Below, piece by piece: positions 1 through 15,267 of a stretch of DNA of 64,000 nucleotides. The notes under the pieces are model-generated. The model was not told the DNA's origin and made no database searches. It worked only from the letters and a program-made list of their open reading frames with translations. This DNA is from an uncultured Gemmatimonadaceae bacterium (lineage in GTDB: Bacteria > Gemmatimonadota > Gemmatimonadetes > Gemmatimonadales > Gemmatimonadaceae). Numbering within the stretch: the first letter of the stretch is position 1; each line of letters opens with the position of its first letter. Where the stretch lies: contig CAWHHI010000011.1 of NCBI GenBank assembly GCA_963829055.1, positions 256,001 to 320,000 on the forward strand, read 5' to 3'. The translations under genes were made by a program, and so were the position numbers.

Positions 1-385
1 AAGTACACGGTGAGCGCCGGGTCGATCGAGCCGACTTCGCCGAAAACGCGGTTGTAGACTTTGGCGGACGCGCCGAAGCCGCCGTACTCCTCGGGAATGC
101 TGAGACCCATGAGCCCGAGCTGCGTGCATCCCCTGCCGCACGTCGTCGGGGAAGCGCGCGTCGTGGTCGAACTTCGCGGAGTCGACGGACGCCTGCGCCC
201 AATCGCGCATCGAGTCGAGGATCGCGCGGAGCGATTCCTGCTCGTCGTCGCTCAGCACCGGGAACGGAAAGACCAGCTCCTCGCGGATCTCGCCGAGGAA
301 CGCGCTCTTGGTGAAGGACGGGTTGACGTCGGGGGCGGCGAGATGCGGCTCGTGTCTTGCCCGCGGTGGTCGGGGTCTCTGTCAT
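1..385 (-). CDS. Acyl-CoA dehydrogenase family protein (N-terminal part; runs off the window edge; frameshifted)
   Basis: Manual minus-strand translation gives SFTKSAFLGEIREELVFPFP...LGLMGLSIPEEYGGFGASAKVYNRVFGEVGSIDPALTVY, a typical ACAD N-terminus (IPEEYGG). Confidence 0.85.
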   Translation of the reverse strand, partial: MTETPTTAGKTRAASRRPRRQPVLHQERVPRRDPRGAGLSVPGAERRRAGIAPRDPRLDARLGAGVRRLREVRPRRALPRRRAAGDARSSGSWVSAFPRSTAASARPPKSTTAFSAKSARSTRRSPCT

Positions 386-394
386 GCAGAAAGC

Positions 395-1698
395 ATGACC
401 TCCGCCGCACCCGATTCGCCAGCCTCGCGCGCCAGTCGTCCCTGGCGTTTTTCGCGCGCTCCGTCACCGGAACTATCGGCTGTTCTTCAGCTGGACAGAC
501 CGTCTCGCTCGTCGGCACGTGGATCACGCGCATCGCGACGAGCTGGCTGGTCTACCGTCTCACGGGTTCGGTGCTGCTTCTCGGCGTCGTCGGCTTCTTC
601 GGCCAGATCCCGACGCTGATTCTCGCGCCGTTCGCCGGCGTGCTCGTGGACCGCTGGAATCGGCATCGGATCCTGGTCGTCACGCAGGTGCTGTCGATGC
701 TGCAGTCGTTCGCGCTCGCGGGGCTGTCGTTCGCCGGCATCATCACGGTGCCGCGACGTGCTGCTCCTGCAGATGGCGCAGGGCATCATCAACGCGTTCG
801 ACACGCCGGCCCGGCAGTCGTTCGTCGTCGAGATGGTCGACGGACCGCGACGACCTGCCTAACGCTATCGCGCTCAACTCGTCGATGGTCAATCTGAGCC
901 GCGTGATCGGCCCGTCGATCGGCGGCGTGATCATCGCGGCGGTCGGCGAGGCGTGGTGCTTCTTCCTCGATGGACGTCTCGTACGTCGCAGTGATCGCGT
1001 CGCTGGTCGCGATGACGCGTCGCGATGCGCCCGCGCGAGCCGGCGACGACGCGCGATCAGCGAGGAGCTCGTCGACGGGTTCCGGTACGTGTCGCGCTTT
1101 CCGCCGGTGCGGTCCGCGCTGCTGCTGCTCGCGCTCGTGAGCACAATGGGAATGCCCTACACCGTGCTCATGCCGGCGGTGTCGCGACGAAAGTCCTGCA
1201 CGGCGACTCGCACACGCTCGGCTTTCTGATGACGGCGACCGGGATGCGGCGCCCTGGCCGGCGCGTTCTACCTCGCGTCACGGCGCACGGTTGTCGGACT
1301 TGGCCGCGTGATCGCGATCGCCGCCTGCACGTTCGGCGTCGGGCTCGTGCTGTTCAGCTTCTCGCGCAATCTCGTGCTCTCGCTCGTGCGTGCTGCCGAT
1401 CGCCGGCGCGGGGATGATGGTGACGATGGCGTCGACGAACACGGTGCTGCAGACGATCGTCGAGGAGCGGCTGCGCGGACGGGTGATGGCGTTCTACGCG
1501 ATGGCGTTTCTGGGTACGGCACCGATCGGGAGCCTGATCGCTGGCGTGCTGGCAGACCGCATCGGCCCGACGAATACCATCACGCTCGGCGGCTCGCGTG
1601 CATCATCGGCGGCATCGTGGTTCGCCGTCCGGCTCCCGAAGTTCCGCGCGCACGTGCGGCCGATCTACGTCGAGCGCGGTATCATTCCCGGGCCTTGA
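395..1698 (+). CDS. MFS transporter (frameshifted)
   Basis: Hydrophobic segments spread over three frames: GQTVSLVGTW, APFAGVLVDRWNRHRIL (MFS motif A), NAIALNSSMVNLSRVIGPSIGG, LRGRVMAFY. Confidence 0.85.
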
Positions 1699-1838
1699 TG
1701 GCCGGAAAGCCTGTAGTCGTTAGGCCCGTCCGGTCAGCAACATCGTTCCAGAACGTTTCAGGCGCGCATGGCACGAGTGTGCGTGCGGAAACCGGACGGG
1801 CGCGGCTGCCGTAGAGGAGCTACCTCGACAGGAAGCCC

Positions 1839-3816
1839 ATGCGCGTCAAGCTCTGGCCAACGCTGGTTCACATTCCAGCTGTGATGCTGGCGGTACTGTT
1901 GCCGGCAGGTGGCGCGCATGCCCAGACGGGCCCGTGTACGGCGCGGGTAGACTCGGCGTCGACAGCTCTCGACTCGGCGATCGTCGCCGCGATGCGCGAG
2001 CACGGCGTGCCCGGCGCTGCACTCTCCGTCGTGCAGGACGGACGAGTCACGTACATGGCAGGGTATGGCTGTGCGAACGTGGGCCGATCGATCGCGGTCG
2101 ACCCGCGACGTACCGTCTTTCACGTCGCGTCCGTGTCGAAGCCGTTCGTGGCGCTCGCCGCGGTTCAGCTCGCGACGCGCGGCGTCGTGGATCTCCGCAC
2201 CGACGTGAATCGCTACCTGCGCGGCATGCAGGTCGCGCCCGGCTGGGACCGGCCCATCACACTGCATGATCTCCTCACGCACACGGCGGGACTGGAGGAG
2301 AGCATCGTCGGCTACGCCGCGCGCACACCGGCGGACGTCCGCCCGCTCGGCGAGTTCCTCGCCGAAAAGCTGCCGCGTCGCGGTTGGGCGCCTGGCGACG
2401 TCACGGCGTACTCCAATTACGGCTACGCGCTCGCCGGGTACGTCGTCGAGTCGGCGGCCCAGCTGCCGTTCGCGGACTACGTGCGGACGGAGATCTTCGC
2501 GCCGCTCGGGATGTCGCGTTCGTCGTTCGCGCAGCCGCCACCGCCGGAGCTCGAGCGCGACGCCGCCATCTCGTACCGTTGCTCGAAGGCGGGTTGCGAT
2601 CCGATCGAGCCGGACTTCCGATCCGCCTATCCTCCGGGCGGTCTGGTGACGACGGCCGACGACATGACGCGGTTCATGTTGGCGCGAGTTGGGCGCGCCA
2701 GTCGATGGCAAGCGGGTGCTGAGCGATTCCGTGCTTCAACTGATGCACACGCGGCAGTTCTCGCACGATCCCGCCCTTCCAGGCCTGACGTACGGCTTCG
2801 CCGAGGACGACGTCGCCGGACAACGCGCGCTCTCTCACGCGGGCGGTGCGTCAGGATTCATGAGCTTCGTCGTGCTCGTCCCCAGTCGGACGCTCGGCAT
2901 GTTCGTGGTGACCAACGGCGGGTCATCACGATTCGGCGCGGCCGCGCTCGCAGCGATCGATAGCCTCATGGATCCGTCGCGCCCAGCGAGGCCTGCGGCG
3001 TCGCGCCTAACGACCACGCGCGACCGCCACCGATCCGGTCGGCGCGTACCGGCTGACGCGCTACGCACATCGCGGCATCGAGAACCTGCCTGCGCTGTTC
3101 AACGGCCAGCTGCACGTCGAGCGCGGCGCGGGCGACACGATACTGGTTGCTGGACTGGGCGACGCCGGCGGACGCGTACGTTCCGGTCACGCCCACGCTG
3201 TGGCGGCGTGTGAACGGAGCTGACGTCGCGGCCGTGCGAACACGAGATGGCAAGGTCACGCACTTCTTCGGCTCGCAATCGTTCTTCGGAACGCGGATCA
3301 CCGTCGGCGTTCGAGCGTCTCGCCTGGTACGACGAACCGCACTTTCTGAACGAGGCGCTGTCGTACATCGTCGCGATTCCGCTGCTCGCGCTGCTCGCAT
3401 GGCCGGTCGTCGCCGCAGTGGTTTGGCTGGTGCGACGCCGCACTCGATTGGTGAGCTCGCATCCGCCCGTCGGCGGGACCGACCAGGCGGGCGCTACGCC
3501 GTCGCGGCCGCGGTCGCGTTTTCTGCCATCGCCACGTGGTTCGGCTTCGGGTTCATCGCCGTGACCAATCGCGCGGCGGAACGTGGTGCCGGAGAGATTT
3601 TCTACGGCGTGCCGCCGATGCTGCGCGTGCTGGCGTGGGCGCCGATCGCGCTCGTCCTTGCTCGCGGTCGTTCTCGTCGCGGCTACGGTCATCGGCTGGC
3701 GACGCCGCTGGTGGAGCATCCCGGGTCTGCTGCTCTTCACGACAGTCACCGTGAATGCGGTGTTGTTCGTCGCGCTGCTCGTGCGGTGGGGATACTTCCC
3801 GTTGGCGACGGGATGA
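1839..3816 (+). CDS. Serine hydrolase (beta-lactamase/PBP-like) with signal peptide and C-terminal membrane segments (frameshifted)
   Basis: SxxK (ASVSK), LLTHTAG, YSN and HAGG motifs; hydrophobic C-terminal fragments end at 3816. Confidence 0.8.
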
Positions 3817-3855
3817 CCCGCTGGATCAGCAGGCACCCCGCCGCCTCCGTCGACC

Positions 3856-5651
3856 TCAGTCTTCGGCCAACTCTCGAAGCAGTCGCACCGCCTGCATCGC
3901 GGTGACCGTTGGCTGCGCGCCGTGCTTGACCGCCTCGACGAGCGGACTGCGTCGCGTCCGTAGAGATCGTTCCCGAAGTGCAGTCGGCCGTCGCGCATGA
4001 ACGTCGTGAAGTAGACGATGTACACGGGCACCTTCTCCTTCAGGTTCACGCGGCGATCGTCCGGACCCGTTCTCCATCGCGTTGCTTGACCTGCTCGGGC
4101 GTCCAGCCCAGCACCCACTGCGCCATCTTCTCCGGATTCTCGAGACGAATACAACCGTGACTGAACGCACGCACGTCCTTCTGGAAGAGCTGATCCTCGG
4201 GCGTGTCGTGCATGTAGATCGAGTACGTGTTCGGGAACATGAACTTCACGAGGCCTAACGCGTTCTTGTCACCAGGCTTCTGGCGGATGCGGTCCTTGCC
4301 GCCCTCGGTACGATCTCGTAGTTGTTGCGCTCGAGGAACGTCGGGTCGCTCTCGACCTTCGGCCACAGCTCCTTCGCCATGATGCTGTCGGTCGCGTTCC
4401 AGTACGGACGGAAGACGACGTACTGCATGGAGTCGCTGAACGATCGGCGTGTTGCGATCCTCGTACTCCGCCCCGACGATCACCTTCATCTCCATCACCT
4501 GCTTGCCGTCGTCGTACGCCTCGAGGCGGAACGACGGGACGTTCACGAACACGTACTTGGCGCCGAGCGACACGCGGCATCCATCGGTAGCGCTCCATGT
4601 TCGCGGCGATCTGCCCGAGGCGATACGTCGCCGGGACGTTGAGCGCCTCGCACGGTCTCCTTCCCGAGCGCGCTATCGACGGAGATGCCGTGCTCGCGCT
4701 GGAACCTGGCGACGGCGCGCAGCGAGGCCGCGGTCGTAGATGACAGTCTGCGCGCTCGGCGCGACCGCCGCTCCAGCCTTCCCGACAGATTTCTGCGCGC
4801 GGCGTCGGCCGGACCGGCGTCAGACGCATCGGCGTGCCGACGTCATAGCCTTCGGCCGCGAGGCGGTCGCGCAGTGCCGTTAGGCGCTCCGCCGACGTCC
4901 GAATCGCCGGGCTTGAGACGCCTTGCCTGCTGGCACGAGCTCCCAACCGCCCTGCGCGATGATCTGCCGGTATCGCTGAAGCTGCTTCTGCAGCTCCTTG
5001 TACTCCTCGTACTCGGGACGCATCTGCGTCACCGAGACGTCGAACCGCCGGTCCGCGAGGAACCGCGCGAGCGTCGAATCGACCTGCGCGGCGTCGGCTC
5101 GATGTGCCAGTCCTGCGACAGCTTGCTCGGATCCACCTGACCGGTGAGCAGGTCCTGGCCGAGCGCGACGTACGTGGCCGTCAGCACGACGTCGAGGTCG
5201 CCGAGCAGCTCCGGCGTCGGCTGCTTCGCCTTGAGCAGGCGGAGAGCAGCCGGTGGAGATCATCGAGCGGATAGGCGTCGAGCGCGAGCGCGTCGGCGTC
5301 GGCGGTGAGCAGCGCCGTCATCAGCGTCTTCGTGCGACGCTCGCGGAGGCCGTCACCGTCGAGCCAGATCGGCGCAGCCGCCGAACTGCGCGTAGAGCTT
5401 CTTCGCGTGCTTCCACTGCGCCTCGGTGATCGGCTTCGGCCGCGTCCTTCCGCAGACGCTCCGCGATCGCCGAGCGAACCTCGGCCATCGGCACGCCCTT
5501 CACGGACTTGATCTTTGCGGGCTCGAACGAGTTGTCGATCTCGCCACCGGACGTCGCTGCGGCGCGGCTCCTTCGAGCCGAGCTTGTCGCAGCAGTTCCG
5601 AAGACGACGAGCAGCGCGAGACCCGCAGGCGACCCGCGCGAACGCTGGCAT
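3856..5651 (-). CDS. Murein L,D-transpeptidase, YcbB/YkuD family (frameshifted)
   Basis: IAANMERYRWMP, VNVPSFRL, NALGLVKFMFPN, IYMHDTP...FSHGCIR (catalytic His/Cys), VPVYIVYFT. Confidence 0.88.
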
Positions 5652-5839
5652 CGAGAACGTTGAGGTGATGTGACGGGTTCGAGCGAACCGTTCGCGGCGA
5701 ATGTGCATTGAAACGAATCTCCTGAGTGGGCACTCGACCCCGTGCAGGAGCAAACCGTTGGGGTCGGTGCGATTCGCCAATAGGCGAAATGCGGGCCACG
5801 GGCGCCGCGGCCTTGAGCAACGCAATCGGACGTCGGTAG

Positions 5840-7866
<2,027 letters not shown>

Positions 7867-7868
7867 GT

Positions 7869-9496
7869 CTAGAATCGCTGCCAGCGCGAACCCACGGCCT
7901 AACGACACCACCCAGCCCGCCGGCTCGCGGTCGTTCTCGAACCGGTACGCGAAGTCCAGACGGCCCACGATCGATCCGGCCGACCGAATCGATCCGATGC
8001 GGAAACCGAAACCGGCGTCGGTGCCCGTGCGGCGCTCCGCGCCGTCGAACCACGCACCGCCGTGATCCACGAAGCCCGCGATACCCAGACCCAACAGACC
8101 CAGAAAGCGCGGCAGCGCCAGCCACCGGTACTCACCGTTCAGCAGGTAGTACCGGTCGCCCGTGAACGCATGCGACGGGAACGCCCGCACCCCGTAGCCG
8201 AGGCCGAGGTCGTACTCGACGCCGAACGGCGGATTGTTGAGCTGCCCCGCCGCGACGTTCGCCGACCAACAGGTGGCGGTCGTTAGGCTGCATCACCGCG
8301 AGCAGGGATGCGTCGGCGCTCGACGAGTCGACGCCGGCGCTCGAGTGGAGGCCGCCCACCGACGCGCCGAGTTGCGCGAAGCCCGCCGGCACGCGCAGCC
8401 CCGCCGACGCCGCGAGGCGGCCGCCGACGCCGTTGCGCTCGTACCCCCACGCACGCGGTGCGATCGCGACGTCCGCGCGAACCGTCGGCCCGAGATCGAC
8501 GTCCTCCACACGACCCATCGCCTCGTAGTTGCGAACCTGGATGTAGCGCGGCGCGCGAAGCGGCGACGTACGGTCCGGCCGCCACCGTGATCGTGCGCGG
8601 AAGCTCCGCGGTGCCTCCCTCCTCGCCGAAATCGTCGCGACGCACCTGCCCGTGAAGCCCGACGCGCACGTAGCCGCGCGAGCTCGCGCGAAGCGCCATC
8701 GCGCCGTCGGCGCGCAGGATCGCGAACTTCCGTCGCGCCGAGTCCTCGCGAAACGCGTGCCCCCCTCGTAGTGCAGCACGCGACCGTCGAACAGGCCCCA
8801 GCTCAACGATCCGCCCTGACGCGACGACAGGCTGACGAACGGATAGTTGAGTGCCGCGCCCGCCGAATGTCCGTCCGATCGGCGGGAGTAGGACGCCCCA
8901 ATACCCACACGATTCGCGATCAGCCGCGGCGTGTCGAACCCGACGAGCACCGTCGTGCGGTCGGGATCGTTCTGGTAGCCTAACGTGGCGATCGTTCGCG
9001 TGCCCAGCAGGTTGATCTCCTGCACGAACGCATTGATGACGTGCTGCGTCCCACTCGTGCGGAGGCCGAAGCCGAGGTTCGTCGTCCAGCCGTCGGTCGT
9101 CCGGACGCGCACGGTCACGCCCGAGTCGGTGGTGACGGTGTCGATCTGCACGTCGCGGAAGATCGACGAGCGCGCGAAGGTTCCGCGCCGACTCGTTCAC
9201 GCGCGCGGTGTCGTACGGCTCACCCGGTCGCGAACAGCAGCTCGCGCCGAATCACGTAGGGCCGAGTCTCGCACGTGCAGCGCGTTGACGAGGGCGAAGC
9301 CCCAGAACTGTTTCGCCTCGGCGGAGTCGAACACCTCGCCGCGATCGATCACGATCCGGCGGATGATCGGACCGCTCGGGCGGCCGCTACGTGACACCGC
9401 CAGGAGCTCCCTGCGCCGGCCGCCCCAGCGCCGACGATAACGCCGCCAGCATGGTCGCGACTGCGCGACGGACGGCGATCGGGCGAGGACGGTCAT
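7869..9496 (-). CDS. Omp85/BamA-TamA-like outer-membrane protein with POTRA-like N-terminus (frameshifted)
   Basis: NALHVR..RPYVIRRELLF..GEPYDTARVNESARNLRAL, EINLLG, RAFPSHAFTGDRYYLLNGEYR, FVDHGGAW; C-terminal Phe before TAG at 7869. Confidence 0.7.
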
Positions 9497-9603
9497 TCGG
9501 CTCCGGCAGGGTGCACGAGGTACGAGGAGCGAGAAGGCTGCCGCACGTGCCGGATGCATGTCAATCGCGAACTGGCTGCCTCCGTCCTCTGACGCTGTCA
9601 TGC

Positions 9604-12600
9604 CTACGGGACGAAACGCGGCTTCGTGTCGGCGTGAATGACGTGCGGCGTCCCGGCGAGCGCCTGGTTGATCCGCGCCACTCGCGACGCGATGATCGCA
9701 TCGAGGCGAGCCTGCGCCTGATCGGTTTCCGTCTTCAGCTCGCCGAGTCGCAGCATCTCGCCCGCGGTCGGCGGCATCAGCGGCCGCCAGACCATGCCCG
9801 ATACCGTCTGCACCTCCTCGCGGAGACGCGGATACTGTCGGTACCCGAGCCCCGCGAGCGGACGCGCGAGCACCGAGTCGCGGAACTGCCGGAGGTCCTT
9901 GAGCGTCGCCGTCCACGTCGGCCAGCACACGACGCTGCGTCGCCGCCGCAGTCGTGTCGGCCGCGCACCATCGCCCGCGGCTCCGCGGCGGGCGACGCAG
10001 CTGATTCTGGAGCGCGGTGAGTTGCCGCATGATGTCGTCGGTCGCCGACGATCACCTGGTTGACGCGCATCGTCAGATCTCGCAGCTGGATCGCCGCGTC
10101 GTGCTGCGCGACGACCTGCGCCGGCGTCATGTCGCTCCGCGGATCCATGTCGACCTGCACCGTCTTCGTGTACTGACGTCCACCGACCGAGAGCGCCACG
10201 GTGTAGTCGCCCGGCAGCACCGACGGAGCCCGTCGGCCCCGCGAACGCTTCGTCCTCGTTAGGCCCTTCGTGCCACCCTCGGTCGCCGCTCGCCGACGCG
10301 CGCGCAGCGCCTCGAGCGACGTGTCGGCCGGTGTGCCCGGCCGCAGCGCCCGCCGCCGCGGCACGCGCGGCACCACCCGCCGGCCCGCCCGGTGGCGCGT
10401 CGTAGCGCAGATCCCACGCGACGCGATTGACGCCCGCCTCGTCGTTCACACGCCGCATCCGCCGTAACGACCTTCCCGTCCTTGTCGCGAGATCGTGACG
10501 TTCACCTCGCCCGGCGGCTGCTCCTTCAGGTAGTACGTGATCAGCGCACCCGGCGGCGGATTCTCGCCACGCCACGACTTCTGCCCGAGGTTGCCGTCGC
10601 GGCTCCACAGGCTCCAGCGCACCGCCGGGCGGATGTCGAACACGCACCACGTCCGACGCCTTCACCGACTCGAGCTGCTGCAGCGCGGTGATGTCATCCA
10701 TGATGTAGAGGCCGCGGCCGTGCGTCGCGAGCAGGAGGTCGTTGTCGCGCGGATGAATCTGGATGTCGCGCACCTGCACGACCGGCAGATCGCCGCGCAG
10801 CGACGTCCAGTGCGCGCCGCGATCCCACGACGCCCACACGCCCATCTCGGTGCCGATGTAGAGAAGATTCCGATTCTTCGGATCCTCGCGCACGACGTGC
10901 ACCCACGCCGCCTTCGCCGGCAGGTCGCCGGTGATGCGCGTCCACGTCTTGCCGTAGTCCGTCGTCATGTACGCGTACGGCGTGTAGTCGTCGTCCTGAT
11001 GGTGATCGGCGGCGACGTACGCGGTGCCGGCGTCGTAGTGCGACGCTTCGACCGTCGGGATCCACGCGTTAGGCTTGAGTCCCGGCACGTTCCTGAACAC
11101 GTTCGTCCACGTCTTCCCGCCGTCGCGCGTGACCTGCACGTTGCCGTCGTCGGTGCCGACCCAGATGACGTTCGAGTCCAGCGGCGACGGCGCGATCGTC
11201 AGGATCGTGCAGTGGAACTCCGCCGCCGTGTTGTCGACGACGATCGGGCCGCCCGACGACTGCTGCTTCGCCGGATCGTTGGTCGTGAGGTCGCCCGAGA
11301 TCGGCTGTCCACGACATGCCGTAGTCCGTGGACTTGAACAGCACGTTGCCGCCGAAGTACACGACCTTCGGATTCTGCGGCGAGAGCGCGATCGGCGAGT
11401 TCCAGTTGAAGCGATACTTGTGCGAGATCATCGCGTCGCCGACGGAGCCGACGCGATTCGGGTACGGGTAGATCGTCTTCTGCGTCCCGGTGCGCGTGTC
11501 GGTGATGTTGAGCATCCCGCCCTGCGCGTCGGAGTAGACGAGCCACGGCTTGTCCATCACCGGCACGGTGAAGAAGCCGTCGCCGCCCGACACCGTGTAC
11601 CAGTCGGTCTTTCGGTTGCCCTGGCCGCGACAGCGTCTGGCTCGGCCCACACCAGTTGCCGTTGTCCTGCAGCCCGCCGCACGCCATGTACGGGCGCTGC
11701 ATGTCGTAGTTGATGTGGTAGAACTGCGTGAACGGGAACGTGTTCACGACCTCGAACGTCCTGCTGCCGTCGTAGCTGACCTGCCAGCCGCCGTCGGATC
11801 CGCTGAGGACGCGATTCGGGTTGAGCGGATCGATCCACATCGCCTGATGGTCGCCGTGCACGTCGCGCGCGATCGTGCGGAACGTGGTGCCGCCGTCTTC
11901 CGACAGGTACAGTGACCCTGAGAGCGAGAAGATCGCGATTCGGATTCTTCGGATCGACGCGAATGTCGGCGTAGTAGAACGGGCGGAAGTTGATGTTCGG
12001 ATCGCGGTTCACCGTGCGCCATGTCGCGCCGGCGTCGTCCGACCGCCACAGCTCGCCTTCGCTCTTCGTCTCGCTGATGACGTACACGATGTTCGGATCG
12101 CTCGGCGCCACCGCGACGCCGATGCGGTCCATGTCGCCCTTCGGCAGCCCGCGCTCCTGGTCCTTTGCCCGACAGCCGCTCCCACGTGTCGCCGCCGTTC
12201 ACCGACTTGTAGACCGCGGTGTTGCCGCCGCCCGACTCGAGGTGCCACGCCCAGCGCCGGTAGGTGTACATGCCGGCGTAGATGATGTTCGAGTTGTCCG
12301 GATCGGCGGAGATGTCGGAGCAGGCGGTCTGCGGATCGACGTACAGCACCTTCTTCCACGACTTGCCGCCATCGACCGTCTTGAAGACGCCGCGCTCCTC
12401 GTTAGGCCCCCACTCGCGCCCGAGTGCCGCACGCGTACACGATGTCGGGGTTGCGCGCGTCGATCACGATGCGCGCGATCTTGTCGCGTCTTCTCGAGAC
12501 CGATGTGCGTCCAGTGCTCGCCGCCGTCGATCGACTTGTACATCCCGTCGCCGACCGACGCGTTGTTGCGCGGGTTCCCTTCACCGGTGCCGACGTAGAT

Positions 12601-12981
12601 CACGTTCGGATCGCTCGGCGCGATCGCGATCGCCCCGATCGACGAGACGTCCTGCTTGTCGAAGATCGGCTTGAACGTCGTGCCGCCGTTCGTCGTCTTG
12701 ATGATCCCGCCGTTCGCGCCGGCGACGTAGTACGTGAAGCGGATCGCCCGGAACGCCGACGACGACCGAGATGCGGCCGGCGTTGTTCGCGGGACCAACC
12801 GATCGCCAGTTGAGCCGCCGCACGCGTCGTCGATCGGCAGACCGGGATCGCGAGGTCGGCCGCGACGCCTTGTCGGACGGAGGGGGCCGAGGGCGGCGTG
12901 TTCTGCGCCGGGCGGCTGCGCGTGCGGCGTGCGACAGGAGACAGCGCAGGAACAGCCACGAACGAGGGATGCGCACGTCAT
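9604..12981 (-). CDS. VPS10/sortilin-like BNR-repeat beta-propeller protein (frameshifted)
   Basis: Repeated Asp-box motifs (KTTNGGTTF, KSIDGGEHW, RSDDAGATW, TRDGGKTW), YVGTGEGNPRN, GGLQDNG, GGDGF, RFNWNSP, LATHGRG. Confidence 0.85.
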
Positions 12982-13200
12982 TGGGCGATACCTCGATGAT
13001 AGGGAGATCGTAGACGGGTAGAACGTCTGCGTACGGTGCTCGCGCTACATTGCAGCGAACGGTTGCGCCTTCGCCAGCGAATCCGAAACCCTGGGTCACC
13101 GGGTAATGTCCAATTTCAGTAACGGGCGGTGTCATTCGGTCGTCGGCGCCGTTTTCGCCCGCCCTCCGTTCCCGGTTCCCTGTTCCCGCTGTCCCTGCCG

Positions 13201-14700
<1,500 letters not shown>

Positions 14701-14777
14701 GGGGGTGCCCACGTGGTCAGATTCGCCGTCGTCGCTCGCGAGTCTCGCCGTCACTTTCGCCCACTACCCCTCGCCTC

Positions 14778-15260
14778 ATGACTGTTCCGCCCACCGCGAC
14801 CGTCCCGGCGGCTGACCGCCGGCATCAACGAATACGTCGGCTGGATCGTCGCCCGCATCGGCAGCGTCCGGCTACCGCACCGACCTCCAGATCGGCGGCT
14901 TCAATTTCATGGCCGACGAACCGACGAGCATCGGTGGTAGCAGGCTCGGCCCTACACCATACGAGTTCCTGCTCGCCGCATCGGCGATCGTGCACGGCAA
15001 TGACGCTACGCATGTACGCGTCGCGCAAGGGGTGGCCGTTCGAGAGCGTCGTCGTGCGTCTTCGCGATACGCCGCTCGCACATGAAGGACTGCGTCGACT
15101 GCCGCGACGTCCGCCGTCGGCCCGCGAAACATCGATCGCATCGTCGAGCTCAACGGCGATCTTTCGCCGGAGCAGCGAACGCGACTTCATGCAGATCGCC
15201 GACCGCTGCCCGGTGACACAAACGCTCACGCGTGGAATTCAGATCCGAACCGTGGAGTAG
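14778..15260 (+). CDS. OsmC family protein (frameshifted)
   Basis: ADEPTSIGG..LGPTPYEFLLAA, CTAMTLRMYASRKGWP, IADRCPVTQTL (two conserved Cys). Confidence 0.85.
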   Translation: MTVPPTATVPAADRRHQRIRRLDRRPHRQRPATAPTSRSAASISWPTNRRASVVAGSALHHTSSCSPHRRSCTAMTLRMYASRKGWPFESVVVRLRDTPLAHEGLRRLPRRPPSARETSIASSSSTAIFRRSSERDFMQIADRCPVTQTLTRGIQIRTVE

Positions 15261-15267
15261 ACCCCGA

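Noticed and set aside
1839..3816. Antibiotic-resistance beta-lactamase
   Set aside because: Only generic serine-hydrolase motifs plus a membrane tail; nothing specific to class A/C/D enzymes.
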